Assembly: GCA_002269645.1 (NCBI GenBank)
Contig: NIVC01000744.1
Span: 1-64,000, forward strand
Direction: 5' to 3'
From: Macrostomum lignano
Lineage: Eukaryota
Length of the DNA: 64,000 nucleotides
Of the stretch, positions 1 through 12,897 are shown piece after piece. The notes below the pieces were generated by a model. It made no database searches and was not told the origin of the DNA. It was given only the letters and a program-made list of their open reading frames with translations. The position numbers and the translations under genes were made by a program. The number at the start of each line of letters is the position of its first letter. Positions within the stretch are counted from its first letter, which is position 1.

Positions 1-964
1 TTGTGTCAGTCGGCGTCTGATGACGTAATCACGGGATTGAATAATTTTATCCATTTACCACTGCTGCTATGATGAGCACACTAATGAGGACACTACGCTC
101 CTAGTAAGCAACTGTTTGACGCACCATTCGAAACAATATCTACATTAATAGAATTAGTATCAAATTCACAGCGCTGTTTGCGTGCTTCTTGCCTACTTGG
201 TGATAATTTCCTGATTTACTGTTTCGGAGTAGCTATCGGGTTTCTGCTGTCTTGGCCCACCACTCCACCCACTTGGCCACCACTTTCTGCCCGTCTGTGC
301 TTGCTAGTGTCGGGAAGACGCTTCGGTAAAAATAGTTTTGCTAGCCTACTCCCGACTGGGATCGATGCACGCCAGTGTCAGTTTGAATTTCTGCGCCTCT
401 GCCAACCTGCTCCCTGTTAGCCGCCATCTTCCCAGGTTCGTGTGTGCTCAGGCTGAGCTGACAGCTCATCGATTGATCCGTCGGGGTGTAAGAAAATGTC
501 AGACTGCATCGCGTCATTGGTGGCTTGGTTTCCTGAATTAATATTTCATTTAGAGTGGTGTTCCATACTCTTTCGGCTTACACTTCCCTGGGCTTGGCCT
601 TTTTTCGGGAAATTGAGTCCTCCTGATAATAATTAGCGCGTCTACTTGGTCTCGCTCTCCCTGTCTCTAATTGGCCCCCACGCGATTTTCCGCTTCGCCA
701 GCCGTGAGTAGCTAAGATTAGCATGGTTCCTCTGGCTTCTGGCAGATCTGGCCCTTCTTTTCATGCTACATGAAGTTTTGAAAATCACACGGCAAATATG
801 CTACTGGAAGTAGACAAAGAGACAAAAAGCCAAAGCTATCGAAATTTTACTACTGCACGGCACAGGGCTTCGTTGATTTTCCTGGGAGCGTTGCGTCGTG
901 TACTTAGATTAGAGTAAGATAGCATAAGATGACTGGTATTTTATCCAATATAATCAGTCTAATC

Positions 965-1640
965 TCCTACCTTCAAGAATCTCCCATCCTACCTTTAAGA
1001 ATCTCCCATTCTTCCTCTAACAATCGCTCATCCTCCCTGTAAGAATCGCCCACCCTCCCTGCAAGAATCGCCCCATCCTCCCTGCAAGAATCGCCCCATC
1101 CTCCCTGCAAGAATCGCCCATCCTCCCTGCAAGAATCGCCCACTCTCCCTGCAAGAATCGCCCCATCCTCCCTGCAAGAATCGCCCACTCTCCCTGCAAG
1201 AATCGCCCCATCCTCCCTGCAAGAATCACCCACTTTCCCTGCAAGAATCGCCCCATCCTCCCTGCAAGAATCGCCCACTCTCCTGCAAGAATCCCCACCC
1301 TCCCTGTAAGAATCGCCCACCCTCCCTGCAAGAATCGCCCATCCTACTTGCAAGAATCGCCCATCCTACTTGCAAGAATCGCCCATCCTCCCTGCAAGAA
1401 TCGCCCACCCTCCCTGCAAGAATCGCCCACCCTCCCTGCAAGAATCGCCCATCCTCTCTTCAAGAATCGCCCCATCCTCCGTAAAAGAATCGCCCACCCT
1501 CCCTGCAAGAATCGCCCATCCTCCCTTCAAGAGTCGCTCATCCTCTCTTCAAGAATCGTCCATATCCCTTCAGGAATCGTTAATTTCCCCTCAGGAATCG
1601 CTAATATCCCTTCAGGAATCGTCCATCTCCCTTCAGGAAT
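965..1640. repeat. 21-22-bp minisatellite (CAAGAATCGCCCATCCTCCCTG) x~30
   Basis: Directly visible, immediately upstream of the formin ATG exon. Confidence 0.95.
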
Positions 1641-1673
1641 TTCCTATCCATCCCCGCAGCCAAGAAGTCGCAG

Positions 1674-3333
1674 ATGTCAATTAAAGAGCGAAAGAAAGGC
1701 AACGGCGGCGGCGTCAGTGGCGGCCCGCTGTTCCGCCGCGGCAGCTCATCCTCAGAGTCGGCCTTTGCCACGGAGAAGCCCCAGCAACAGCAGCAGTCGA
1801 TGCTGCACCAGCGGGCGCCGATGAGCCCGGAGGAGCTGGAGACTGCGCTGGCCGACATGATCCAGGACCTCAACCTGGACGAGCGCTCCTTCCAGAACAA
1901 GGACAGGCGCGCCCTGGCCGTGATGCTGCACAACTACAAGGAGCACAAGCAGAGCGCCCAGTCTGACTTCGCCACCTGTCTGACGCTGCTGAAGCGGCTC
2001 GCCGGCCGGCCAGACGGGCCCTCGGCCGAGGAGGCGGACCGGGGCGCTTCGCAGCTGCGAATGCACATGGCAACGCTGACCATCTCGGATGTGCGGCGCT
2101 TCGCCGATGCCGGCGGCCTGATGGCGCTGACGCAGCTGTTGGAGCACTGCGCCAGGTCCGTGGTGCTGGCGGCCGGGGAGCAGGGCAAGGAGGTTCGTTT
2201 GGGTCGGGCTGGGACCTGATGAGGCTGGGACCTGATGAGGCTGGGACCTGATGAAAGCTGGGACCTGATGAGGCTGGGACCTGATGAGTCTGGGACCTGA
2301 TGAAGGCTGGGACCTGATGAGGCTGGGACCTGATGAGGCTGGGACCTAATGAGGCTGTGATCTTGAGGTTTTTTTAGCTGAGTGAGGGGTGTAGCTGGGG
2401 TGTGGGTATCAGGGGGTGTGGGTATCTGAGGGTGTGGGTATCTGGGGAAGTGGGTATCTGGGGAAGTGGGTATCTGAGGGTGTGGGTATCTGGGGAAGTG
2501 GGTATCTGGGGAAGTGGGTATCTGGGGAAGTGGGTATCTGAAGTGTGGGTATCTGGGGGTGTGGGTATCAAGGGGTGTGGATATCTGGGGGTGTGGGTAT
2601 CTGAGGGTGTGTATCTGGGGGTGTGGGTATCTGGGGCTGTGGGTATCGGAAGTGTGGGTATCTGGGGGTGTGGGTATCTGAGGGTGTGGGGATCCTGGTG
2701 TTTTTGGAATCTGAGTGACTAGCTCACAATGATATAAATGAGTTTGAGCAGCTGAATTCCCCTCCGATCCCCCAGGCGGTGCTGTGGCGCAAGGCCTGCC
2801 ACAACACCCTGCTGAGTCTGCGCAAGTTCTGCGACAACAGCTTCGGAATGACGCACCTGCTGCGGCACCAGCCCAGAGCTGTTTCCACCATCGTTGAGTC
2901 GCTGAGCATCGTGCCGTTCCTGCCGCCTAGCGAGTATCCCCTGGGCAGCTGCATCTTCGACATTCTGTCTTCGTTCCTGTTTTACTACAAGAGCAAGTCG
3001 GAGGAGCTCGCCAGTGCTCGGGTTTGTGCGCTCTGCCTGTCTGCCTGCCTGTCTGCCTGCCTGTCTGCCTGCCCATCTGCCTGCCTGTCTGTCTGTCTAT
3101 CTGCCTGCCTGTCTGCCTGCCTGTCTGTCTGCCTATCTGCCTGCCTGTCTGCCTGCCTGTCTGTCTATCTGCCTATCTGTCTGTCTGTGTGTGTCTGCCT
3201 GTCTGCCTGTCTGTCTGTCTGTCTGTCTGTCTGTCTTTGTGTTTACAGTAGCAGTAGCAGTGACTCTCTTAAAATGGATGCTGTTTGTCTTAGTGTCTGT
3301 CTGTGTGTGTGTCTGTCTCTCTGTCTGTTTGCC

Positions 3334-3366
<33 letters not shown>

Positions 3367-3378
3367 TTGTGTCTGTCC

Positions 3379-3412
<34 letters not shown>

Positions 3413-3413
3413 G

Positions 3414-3484
<71 letters not shown>

Positions 3485-3485
3485 G

Positions 3486-3562
<77 letters not shown>

Positions 3563-3697
3563 TAGTGTCTGTCTGTCTGTCAGATTGTCTCACTGTCTGT
3601 CTGTCTTAGTGTCTGTCTGTCTTAGTGTCTGTCTGTCTTAGTGTCTGTCTGCCTGTCTGTCTCACTGTCTGTCTGTCTGTCTGTCTGTCTGTCTTAG

Positions 3698-3732
<35 letters not shown>

Positions 3733-6700
3733 GTGTCTGTGTGTCTGTTTTCCTGTAATTTACTATAAGTAGTACACGCTCACGTCACAAGTTCCCGCTG
3801 CCCTCCGCCCCGCCCCAGGTGGAGAACGCCAACACCATCGTGCTGCGCGCGTTCAGCACCTCCCGCACCCTCTTCGCCTCCGACTCGGCCTCAGCGACTT
3901 CAGCGGCACCTTCTGGCCCCGCCGGCCCTGCCACTGGCGCCGCTGCCTGCGCCTCCGGCGGCCCTGGCGGCGGCCGCTTTTTCCAGATCCGCAACACGCT
4001 GGACAAGGCCTGCGCTCTGCTCAGCCGGCCGGACGTGGGCACGGAGACCCGGGTTCGAGCCTACGAACTGCTGCAGGACTGCCTGGTGTTTGTGAACACC
4101 TTGCTGGACACCTGCGAGGGAGTTCACCACCGCATGGCAGTCCGGACCGAGCTGTGGGGCTTCGGCGGCCTCCGAGCCCGCTGGCAGCTGCTCGGTCGCC
4201 TGGTGCGGGACGCCCCGACCGGCTGTGCAGGACTCAGTACGATGTGTTCCAGGTGAGCCTGCGCGGGTTGTACGAGTGCTAACTTAAGGGATCTGTTCTT
4301 TGTTCTTCTGTCCTGAGCAATGACTCAGGTTCATTTTACAACTACCAGTCTAGCCAGCAATCCCCGGCTTCCCATCCAGGAGCAGCGATTCCCGGTTTTC
4401 CCTTCTAGGAGCAGCAATTGCCGGTTTTCCCTTCTAGGAGTAGCAATTCCCGGTTTTCTCTTCCAGGAGCAGCAATTTCCGGTTTTCCCTTCCAGAAGCA
4501 GCAATTCCCGGTTTTCTCTCCAGGAGCAGCAATTCCCGGTTTTCTCTTCCAGGAGCAGCAATTTCCGGTTTTCCCTTCCAGGAGCAGCAATTCCCGGTTT
4601 TCTCTTCCAGGAGCAGCAATTTCCGGTTTTCCCTTCCAGAAGCAGCAATTCCCGGTTTTCCCTTCCAGGAGCAAGCCGACCAGGACACCCTGGAGATCAG
4701 CGACCGCTTCGAGTCAGCAGCCACCGAGTTCGCCAGCTTCAGCGAGCCGCACCGCATTTTCGAGCTGCTGGCTCGCACTGTGCAGGGCACGGAGGCCGAG
4801 TGGTACTTCCGCAGCGTGCTGCTGCACCTGCTCTTCATCCCCGTGGATGAGCAGCACAAAGAGTACTTCAAGTTGCTGGAGGAGCTGGTCTCCCAGCTGG
4901 TGCTGACCCGGGATGGCACCTACCCAGACTTCCGGTCCAGGGACCTGCGCGCCTACTTCGACTTCGATGCGGTCAGGAAAGACATGGTTACCATGGAGAC
5001 CAGGGAGCGGGAGCGGCTGAAAGCCCTGCTCGAGGAGCAACTGCGGGTCGGCGAGTGCGAGCGGCGGGCCGCTGCCGATGCTCTGCGGGAGCGGGCCGCC
5101 GCCCTGGAGGCCCAGCTGGCCGAGGCGAACCGACGGCTGGAGGACGCGAACCGGAGACTGCAGCTGGGAGGGGGTGGCCCGCCCGCTGCCCCTGCCGCTG
5201 GGGCGCCGCCAGGTGAGGCAATCAAGTCACTGCTTGGGATTGAAATCATTAGTTGCTGGGCTAGCCTCCCAGATCCTCAGTGGCCGGGCTAGCCTCGCAG
5301 ATCCTCAGTTGCTGGGCCACCAGCCTCCCAGATCCTCAGTGGCCGGGCCAGCCTCCCAGATCCTCGGTTTCTGGGCCAGCCTCTCAAATTCTCAGATGCT
5401 GGACCAGCCTCTCATATCCTCAGTTGCTGGGCCAGCCTCTCAGATCCTCAGTGGCCGGGCTAGCCTCCAAGATCCTCAGTTGCTGGGCCACCAGCCTCCC
5501 AGATCCTCAGTGGCCGGGCCAGCCTCCCAGATCCTCGGTTTCTGGGCCAGCCTCTCAAATTCTCAGATGCTGGACCAGCCTCTCATATCCTCAGTTGCTG
5601 GGCCAGCCTCTCAGATCCTCAGTGGCCGGGCTAGCTTCCAAGATCCTCAGTTGCTGGGCCACCAGCCTCCCAGATCCTCAGTGGCCGGGCCAGCCTCCAA
5701 GATTCTCAGTTGCTGGGCCACCAGCCTCCCAGATCCTCAGTTGCTGGGCCAGCCTCTCATATCCTCAGTTGCTGGGCCAGCCTCTCAGATCCTCAGTGCT
5801 GGGTCAGCCTCTCATATCCTCAGTTGCTGAGCCAGCCTCTCAGATCCTCAGTTGCTGGACCAGCCTCTCATCCTCAGTTGCTGGGCCAGCCTCCCAGATC
5901 CTCAGTTGCTGGACCAGCCTCCCAGATCCTCAGTTGCTGGACCAGCCTCTCATCCTCAGTTGCTGGGCCAGCCTCGACCCAGATCCTCAGTTCAGCTATG
6001 CCAGCCTCCCAGATCCTCAGTTGCTGGGCAAAAATTTGAATTTTATTTCAATTTCAGCTCCGGCTGCAGCGGCACCTCCGCCGCCACCGCCTCCCCCGCC
6101 GCCACCGCCCCCTCCGCCCCCTCCGCCGCCGCCGCCGCCACCCCCGCCGCCGCCTCCCGGCCTTGGCTGTCCGCCACCTCCGCCGCCGCCGCCGCACGGC
6201 CTGCGGCCGAAGCCGGAGCACAAGCTGGCGAACCCCACGAAGCGGCTCAACTGGCAGCCCGTGCCGCCCATCCAGCTGAAGAAGGAGTCGCTCTGGGTGC
6301 GGCCTTCGGGCTGATGTGGAAATTCTGCTTTTTAGAGACTTTTCTTAGATTTCTCGAGTTTTCTTCAGAATCGCTCAAATCCTATTCAGAGTCTCCTAGG
6401 GGTTGTTGCCTAGTGGTAGAGCGTCGGACTCACGACTTGAAGGTCGGAGGTTCGACTCCCGATCCCACTGGAACAATGAGCAAGACAGTTAACTCTGCAT
6501 TTCTTCAGTTCACCCAGCTGTAAAATGGGTGCCAGCATTAGCTGGAGTAATTGAGGGTGATTGAGGGTGTGTGGCGACCCCCCAGTCCTTGGACTGAACA
6601 GCCGTAAGCAGCCTTCAGATGCGCCGCGCAATAGCTGCGGCTGAGCTGTCGGTTGCACAACTGGCCCAATTTGGGCAGGTATAATAAAAATCGAATATCC

Positions 6701-9582
6701 AGACTTTCCTTCCATCCCCAACTCCCCCCCCTTCGCCCGCCACCCTCAGGTGCTGGTGAGCAACCAGGAGGCGGAGTTCAGCAGCCCCCAGCTGGTGTCG
6801 CGGGTCAGCCAGCTGTTCTCCACGAAGGCGGCCAGCCTCGCCCCGGGCGCTCCCGGCTCTCGCAGAGGCTCCGCTATCGACCCGGACGACGCCTCGGGCG
6901 GCCGGCGTGCCTGCCGGGTGTTGCAGTCGAAGGCCGCCGAGAACCTCGGCATCGCGCTGGCCTCGCTGCGGCTGACGCCCGAGGAGGCCGCCAGGCGGAT
7001 CATCGAGTGCGACGAGCAGCGGCTGCCCCTCAACTTTGTGGAGCTGCTGCTCAGGTGAGCCGGTTGCTCTTTTTTAGATATTGGTGACTTTTTACCGCTG
7101 TCGTGTCCCAGATCCAAATGCGTCAGTCAGTTCAATGGGTCAGTTCAAGGACTCCCAAATCCCAATGGGTCAGTTCAAGGGCTCCCAAATCCCAATGGGT
7201 CAGTTCAAGGACTCCCAAATCCCAATGGGTCAGTTCAAGGACTCCCAAATCCCAATGGGTCAGTTCAAGGACTCCCAAATCCCAATGGGTAGGTTCAAGG
7301 ACTCCCAAATCCCAATGGGTAGGTTCAAGGACTCCCAAATCCCAATGGGTCAGTTCAAGGACTCCCAAATCCCAATGGGTCAGTTCAAGGACTCCCAAAT
7401 CCCAATGGGTAGGTTCAAGGGCTCCCAAATCCCAATGGGTCAGTTCAAGGGCTCCCAAATCCCAATGGGTCGGTTCAAGGGCTCCCAGATATCAATGGGT
7501 CAGTTCAAGGACTTTTAGATCCCAATGGGTCAGTTCAAGGACTTTTAGATCCTAATGGGTCAGTTCAAGGACTTTTAGATCCCAATGGGTCAGTTCAAGG
7601 ACTTTTAGATCCCAATGGGTCAGTTCAAGGACTCCCAAATCCCAATGGGTCAGTTCAAGGTCTCTTAGATCCCAATGGGTCAGTTCAAGGACTCCCAAAT
7701 CCCAATGGGTCAGTTCAAGGACTCCCAAATCCCAATGGGTCAGTTCAAGGACTCCCAAATCCCAATGGGTCAGTTCAAGGACTCTTAAATCCCAATGGGT
7801 CAGTTCAAGGGCTCCCATATCCCAATGGGTCAGTTCAAGGATTCTTAGATCCCAATGGGTCAGTTCAAGGGCTCCCAAATCCCAATGGGCCAGTTCAAGG
7901 ACTCCCAAGTCCCAGTGGTAAGTTCAAGGACTCCCAGATCCCCAGATCCCCATTGCACCATATATTAATATTCGAAATCTCGCAGATCTCTGCCAGAGGA
8001 CTCGGACATGCAGAGCCTGGCCGGCCTGTCCGACCAGCTGTCCGAGCTGCCCGAGCCTGAGCAGTTCCTCAGCCGTCTGGCCGTCGGGCTGCCCGGGCCG
8101 CCAGCGGCCGCCAAGCAGCGGGCGGCCTGTCTGCAGTTCAAACTGCAGCTGCCGGACCTGCTGGCTGACCTGCGGCCCGGCCTGGCCGCCGCGATCGACT
8201 GCCTGCGAACTGTGCGGACCAGCCAGCGCCTGCGGCAGGTGAGACTCCGGCTTGGATCTGTGGCACAGGGATCTGGGAAACTGTTGATCTGACAGCAGTC
8301 TCTCTCACCTGTCTCCATCCCCAGGTGTTGCTGGGCACCCTGTCCCTCGGCAACATCCTCAACTCCGGCTCGCGCAGCCTCGGCCGCTGCTTCGCCTTCC
8401 ACGTGTCCTGCCTGCCGCAGCTGGCGGACCTGCGCGACTCCAACGGCCTCAGCCTGCTGTGCGCCCTGGCCGACCAGCTGTGGCGGAAGTGGCCGGACTC
8501 GCTCGCTCTGCCGGACGAATTCCGCAAGCTGGACCTGGCGGCCCGCGTCACCGAGGAGGCGGTGGACGAGGCAGTCAAGGAGGTCCGCGAGCGCTGCCGC
8601 CTGCTGGGCGAGGCGCTGCGCAAGTTCAAGCTGGCCGGGCCCAGGGACGCCTTCAAGGTGGGGCACTGAGGGTCTGGGTGGGGCGCTGAGGGTCTGGGTG
8701 GGGCACTGAGGGTCTGGGTGGGGCGCTGAGGGTCTGGGTGGGGCACTGAGGGTCAAGGTGGGGCGCTGAGGGTCTGGGTGGGGCACTGAGTATCTGGGGA
8801 CACTGAGGGTCTGAGTGGGGCACTGACGGGTCTTGGGGGCACTGAAGGCCTGTGTGTTGCACTGAGGTTCTGGGTGTAGCAGTTTATGGGGCATTCCCAC
8901 TAACCCCAACCGCATCCCCATATATCCCCACCGCCCGCAGTCCTGCATGGAGCCGTTCCACAAGTACGCCAGCTCGGTCCTGGACTCGCTGGAGGCGTCC
9001 CGCCGTCAGCTGCGCGAGGAGTTCCAGGCCACAGCGGACTACCTGGCGCTGGACGCCAGCAAGTACCGGCCTGAGCAGCTGCTGGCCGACCTGCGCAGCT
9101 TCATTGACGCCTTCGAGGCCGCCGCCACTGCGGAGGAGCAGCGCAGGAGCCGGGCGGCGGCCGCCGAGGCCGCTGCGGCTGCGGCGGCGGCGTCGTCCGG
9201 TACAGCCGGAGCCTCATCGACAGCGTCCTGGAGGCGGCAGCAGCCGCAGAAGCCGCAGCAGCAGCAGCGAGGCAAGGAGAACGGCGGTTGCGGCGGCGAA
9301 GATTCGGACAGTCTGGGCCTGGTGGACAACCTGCTGGAGGTGCTGAAGAGCGGCCGGGCCTTCAACACGCCGCACAGCGGCAGGCGGACGCCCCGGCAGG
9401 GTGCGGAGCGTCGGGCGCACCTGTTGTCCGGCTCGCAGCTGCAGGCTGAGGCGGCCGTGTCGCCCTCTCAGCAGCAGCAGCAGCAGCAGCAACAACGGCA
9501 GCAGCAGCGGCAGCGTCAGTCGGAGGCGGCGGCCGCCACAACCGCCGCAGTGCTGGCGAGCCTGCGCGACGACTTCCAGTGA
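1674..9582 (+). CDS. Diaphanous-related formin (GBD/FH3-FH1-FH2-DAD), 9 coding exons: 1674-2192, 2776-3021, 3819-4252, 4669-5212, 6058-6296, 6750-7054, 7986-8238, 8325-8657, 8941-9582
   Basis: All introns are GT..AG with compatible phases, except for one apparent 1-nt deletion at ~4213-4216. Polyproline FH1 lies at 6058-6200. FH2 motifs: [43 protein letters not shown]-terminal DAD-like [16 protein letters not shown] resembles the Dia consensus GVMDSLLEALQSGAAF. A possible 5'UTR exon ends at a GTGAGT donor at 704, with an acceptor at 1659 (low confidence). Confidence 0.9.
2209..2692. repeat. Two 16-bp minisatellites in formin intron 1 (GCTGGGACCTGATGAG x~9; GTGGGTATCTGGGGAA x~18)
   Basis: Directly visible. 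Confidence 0.95.
3034..3750. repeat. (TGTC)n/(TGCC)n microsatellite in formin intron 2
   Basis: Directly visible, with TTAGTG interruptions. Confidence 0.97.
4355..4668. repeat. ~28-bp minisatellite in formin intron 3 ending at the splice acceptor
   Basis: GAGCAGCAATTCCCGGTTTTCCCTTCCAG x~11. Confidence 0.95.
5262..6030. repeat. ~28-bp minisatellite with 171-bp higher-order unit in formin intron 4
   Basis: CCAGCCTCCCAGATCCTCAGTTGCTGGG. The variant TCGGTTTCTGGG recurs at 5364 and 5535. Confidence 0.93.
6399..6684 (+). mobile_element. tRNA-derived SINE in formin intron 5
   Basis: A-box TGCCTAGTGG (~6407), B-box GGTTCGACTCC (6449), central CACCCAGCTGTAAAATGGGT box. Its 3' part recurs inverted at ~55990-56090 and ~56130-56210. 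Confidence 0.75.
7130..7945. repeat. 30-bp minisatellite x~27 in formin intron 6
   Basis: CCCAATGGGTCAGTTCAAGGACTCCCAAAT. Confidence 0.97.
8658..8870. repeat. 20-bp G-rich minisatellite in formin intron 8, beginning at the donor GT
   Basis: GTGGGGCACTGAGGGTCTGG x~8. Confidence 0.93.
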
Positions 9583-9597
9583 GGCGGGGCCGCGCAG

Positions 9598-9680
9598 CTC
9601 CTGATTTCCGTGACCCCCCCCCTGATTTCCGTGACCCCCCCCCTGATTTCCGTGACCCCCCTGATTTCCGTGAACCCCCT
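9598..9680. repeat. ~21-bp repeat x4 just after the formin stop
   Basis: CTGATTTCCGTGACCCCCCC. Confidence 0.85.
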
Positions 9681-10614
9681 TTTTCCGTTGGCGGTGAAAT
9701 TTTCTCTCTTAGAGTTTTTTGTTTTGTTAAATAAGAGCAGACAGTAGCGAATGCTATGGACTTGTGCTGGTGAGATACTACTGGAGTTCATTAGATAAAT
9801 TAATTCCCCTACTGGCAGTTGAAAGAATACCCCTTTGATAAGTGTAAAAATACGAGTAACCTCAAAAATACGTAAATAAAAATTTTCTATAAGCTGGGAA
9901 AAACATGACCCATTATTAATAACCAAGAAAAATACCCCGGACTAACAGTACCAGTATAGCAACTCCTTACTGTCACTAGAAGAAAAATACAGACGTATTT
10001 CACACCGTCAGAAAAAATGGCCTACTATTTTCAATTGAAAAATGCCCCCTACTGTCAGTAGTAGTCAGCGTCTCTTATATCAGGCGGCAGTCTGGCTGTT
10101 CGAAATTCGATTCATTCCTAGAAACTGCGGTCTCCCCGATCCGCTACAGCTGGTTTTATTTCGATCAGCTCATCTTGTACTTTTGTTTTAATTCTTGACG
10201 CATTTCTGGCCTGGCACTGCAAAACCTATTGCTCAAGTACAGCGGCTCCATCCTCAGCATTTTCCTGAATGTTCCTTCAGAATTGCGTGCGCAGGATTTG
10301 CAGGTGCTCAACAGCAGATTTTATGGCTCTTATTTTTTTAAACCTCCTTTTTTGTCGCTCAATTTTGCCGGCCGCTCTGAGATTTCAAATTTGAATTTTT
10401 TGCTAAATTAATTTGCAATCAGCGCGGCTGATTTAGTTTGTAATATTCCCAACTCTCTACTGCTGGTTTTCTATGCGTGAAATGCGCCCTGGGCGAGTCT
10501 CAATTCGATGAAGAAATATAATTGTTTATTATTATTTATATACTGGCCGCTGATTTTCTGCAGGCATCAAAATCTGCTTTGCTTCAGCTTCAGTACTGTC
10601 TGCGGGCTTAGTCT

Positions 10615-11665
10615 ATTTGGATTGCTAATCTAGCCTGCATGCAGGAATAGAATGGATTGCTAATCTAGCCTGCATGGATGATGCAGGAATAGAATGGATT
10701 GCTAATCTAGCCTGCATGGATAATGCAGGAACAGAATGGATTGCTAATCTAGCCGGCATGGATGATGCAGGAATAGAATGGATTGCTAATCTAGCCTGCA
10801 TGGATGATGCAGGAATAGAATGGATTGCTAATCTAGCCTGCATGGATAATGCAGGAACAGAATGGATTGCTAATCCAGCCTGCATGGATGATGCAGGAAC
10901 AGAATGGATTGCTAATCTAGCCTGCATGGATAATGCAGGAACAGAATGGATTGCTAATCTAGCCTGCATGGATAATGCAGGAACAGAATGGATTGCTAAT
11001 CTAGCCTGCATGCAGGAACAGAATGGATTGCTAATCTGGCCTGCATGGATAATGCAGGAACAGAATGGATTGCTAATCTAGCCTGCATGGATGATGCAGG
11101 AACAGAATGGATTGCTAATCTAGCCTGCATGGATGATGCAGGAACAGAATGGATTGCTAATCTAGCCTGCATGGATGATGCAGGAACAGAATGGATTGCT
11201 AATCTAGCCTGCATGGATGATGCAGGAACAGAATGGATTGCTAATCTAGCCTGCATGGATGATGCAGGAATAGAATGGATTGCTAATCTGGCCTGCATGG
11301 ATGATGCAGGAACAGAATGGATTGCTAATCTAGCCGGCATGGATGATGCAGGAATAGAATGGATTGCTAATCTAGCCTGCATGGATGATGCAGGAATAGA
11401 ATGGATTGCTAATCTGGCCTGCATGGATGATGCAGGAATATAATGGATTGCTAATCTGGCCTGCATGGATGATGCAGGAACAGAATGGATTGCTAATCTG
11501 GCCTGCATGGATGATGCAGGAACAGAATAGATTGCTAATCTAGCCTGCATGGATGATGCAGGAACAGAATGGATTGCTAATCTGGCCTGCATGCAGGAAT
11601 AGAATGGATTGCTAATCTAGCCTACATGGATTATGCAGGAATATAATTGGATTGCTAATCCAGCT
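10615..11665. repeat. 42-bp minisatellite x~25 with internal palindrome
   Basis: ATGGATTGCTAATCTAGCCTGCATGGATGATGCAGGAACAGA. CCTGCAT-ggatg-ATGCAGG forms a hairpin. Confidence 0.97.
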
Positions 11666-11990
11666 TGAAACTATTAAGAAATGTAGATTTTTAATCTACG
11701 CATTATATTTCATAGTAAAAATGACCCCACGATCTACATAAAATACTCGTGAAATGAGATCCTCTGCATTCTTCAAAGGCCAGCAAGGATTTAAACTGAG
11801 CCACGGGAGCTCTGACAGTGCGGTCAGACTCAATGAGGCCCGGATCTTCCAGCTGTCAGCTCGTCTCCGGCTAAGCCAGTGTGAAATCTGAGACCTCGAA
11901 GCCGCTCTGGGGTCCCCGGTGAAGGTGGGCAATATATTCTGCGCGGCATTTTGGGATTTTATAGCAAGAATTTTCCTCTCCCTGATCCCC

Positions 11991-12762
11991 ATGACACCGC
12001 GGCAGCCGCTCCGCCTGCTGCTGGTCACCCTGGCAGCCGCGGCCGCCCTGGCGTGGCTCCTCCTTGCGCAGCCACGGCTGGCCGGCCCGGCCTCACCCGG
12101 CCGCATCTTCTGCCTGATTCTGGCCGCCCGGGACAGCCTGGAGACGCGGGCGGCCGCGGTGAACCAGACCTGGGCGGCCGGCTGCGACGGCTGGCTGTTC
12201 GTGGTCAGCGGCCGGGGCGCCGCACGGAGAGTCCGGAGCGGCCCCGGCTTCCTGCCGCTGTTGGGTGCGCATAGCTCCCAGCTTCATGCAGCTGTACACA
12301 TTTATGTTACGGTTTAGGATTAGGTTAGGGTTTAGGTTTTGGTTCAAGAACGACTAGGGTTAGGGTAAGGGTAGTTCAGGTTTAGGTTGGGTTCGGCAGT
12401 CAAGTATCGCAGACCCGCATTAGCATGTAGCAGCAGATAAAACTGAGACTGACAGATATTAGGCATGATTTGGGCTCAGCATAGGGCACTGAGGAATTCG
12501 GGGCGAGGGTCTCAGACTGACAGACAGCGTAAGTTCAGCATGAATCATTATTGGAGATCGCCTTCTGAAGAGTAGCAGGAAAATCTGGTTGAAGAGGATC
12601 CTTGAACTGAGTTTGCAACAAGTACAATAGCTAAAAAATACAAGCAGAAAATTGAACCTGTTTTCCTCAGGTGAAAACCTGATTCAGCGGTTAAAGGCCT
12701 TGTTGACAATGAATCAAAATTAAGAAACCGGTCCTGGCCCGTTGCCAAATACGCTAGTATGC

Positions 12763-12857
<95 letters not shown>

Positions 12858-12862
12858 CACAC

Positions 12863-12897
<35 letters not shown>

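Noticed and set aside
2209-2357. Repeated CTGATGAG resembling hammerhead ribozyme cores
   Set aside because: No GAAA plus stem II/III arrangement. It is a simple 16-bp minisatellite.
6399-6470. Possible tRNA gene
   Set aside because: A/B boxes are present, but I could not fold a convincing acceptor stem, and the sequence continues into a body repeated elsewhere, so I called it a SINE.
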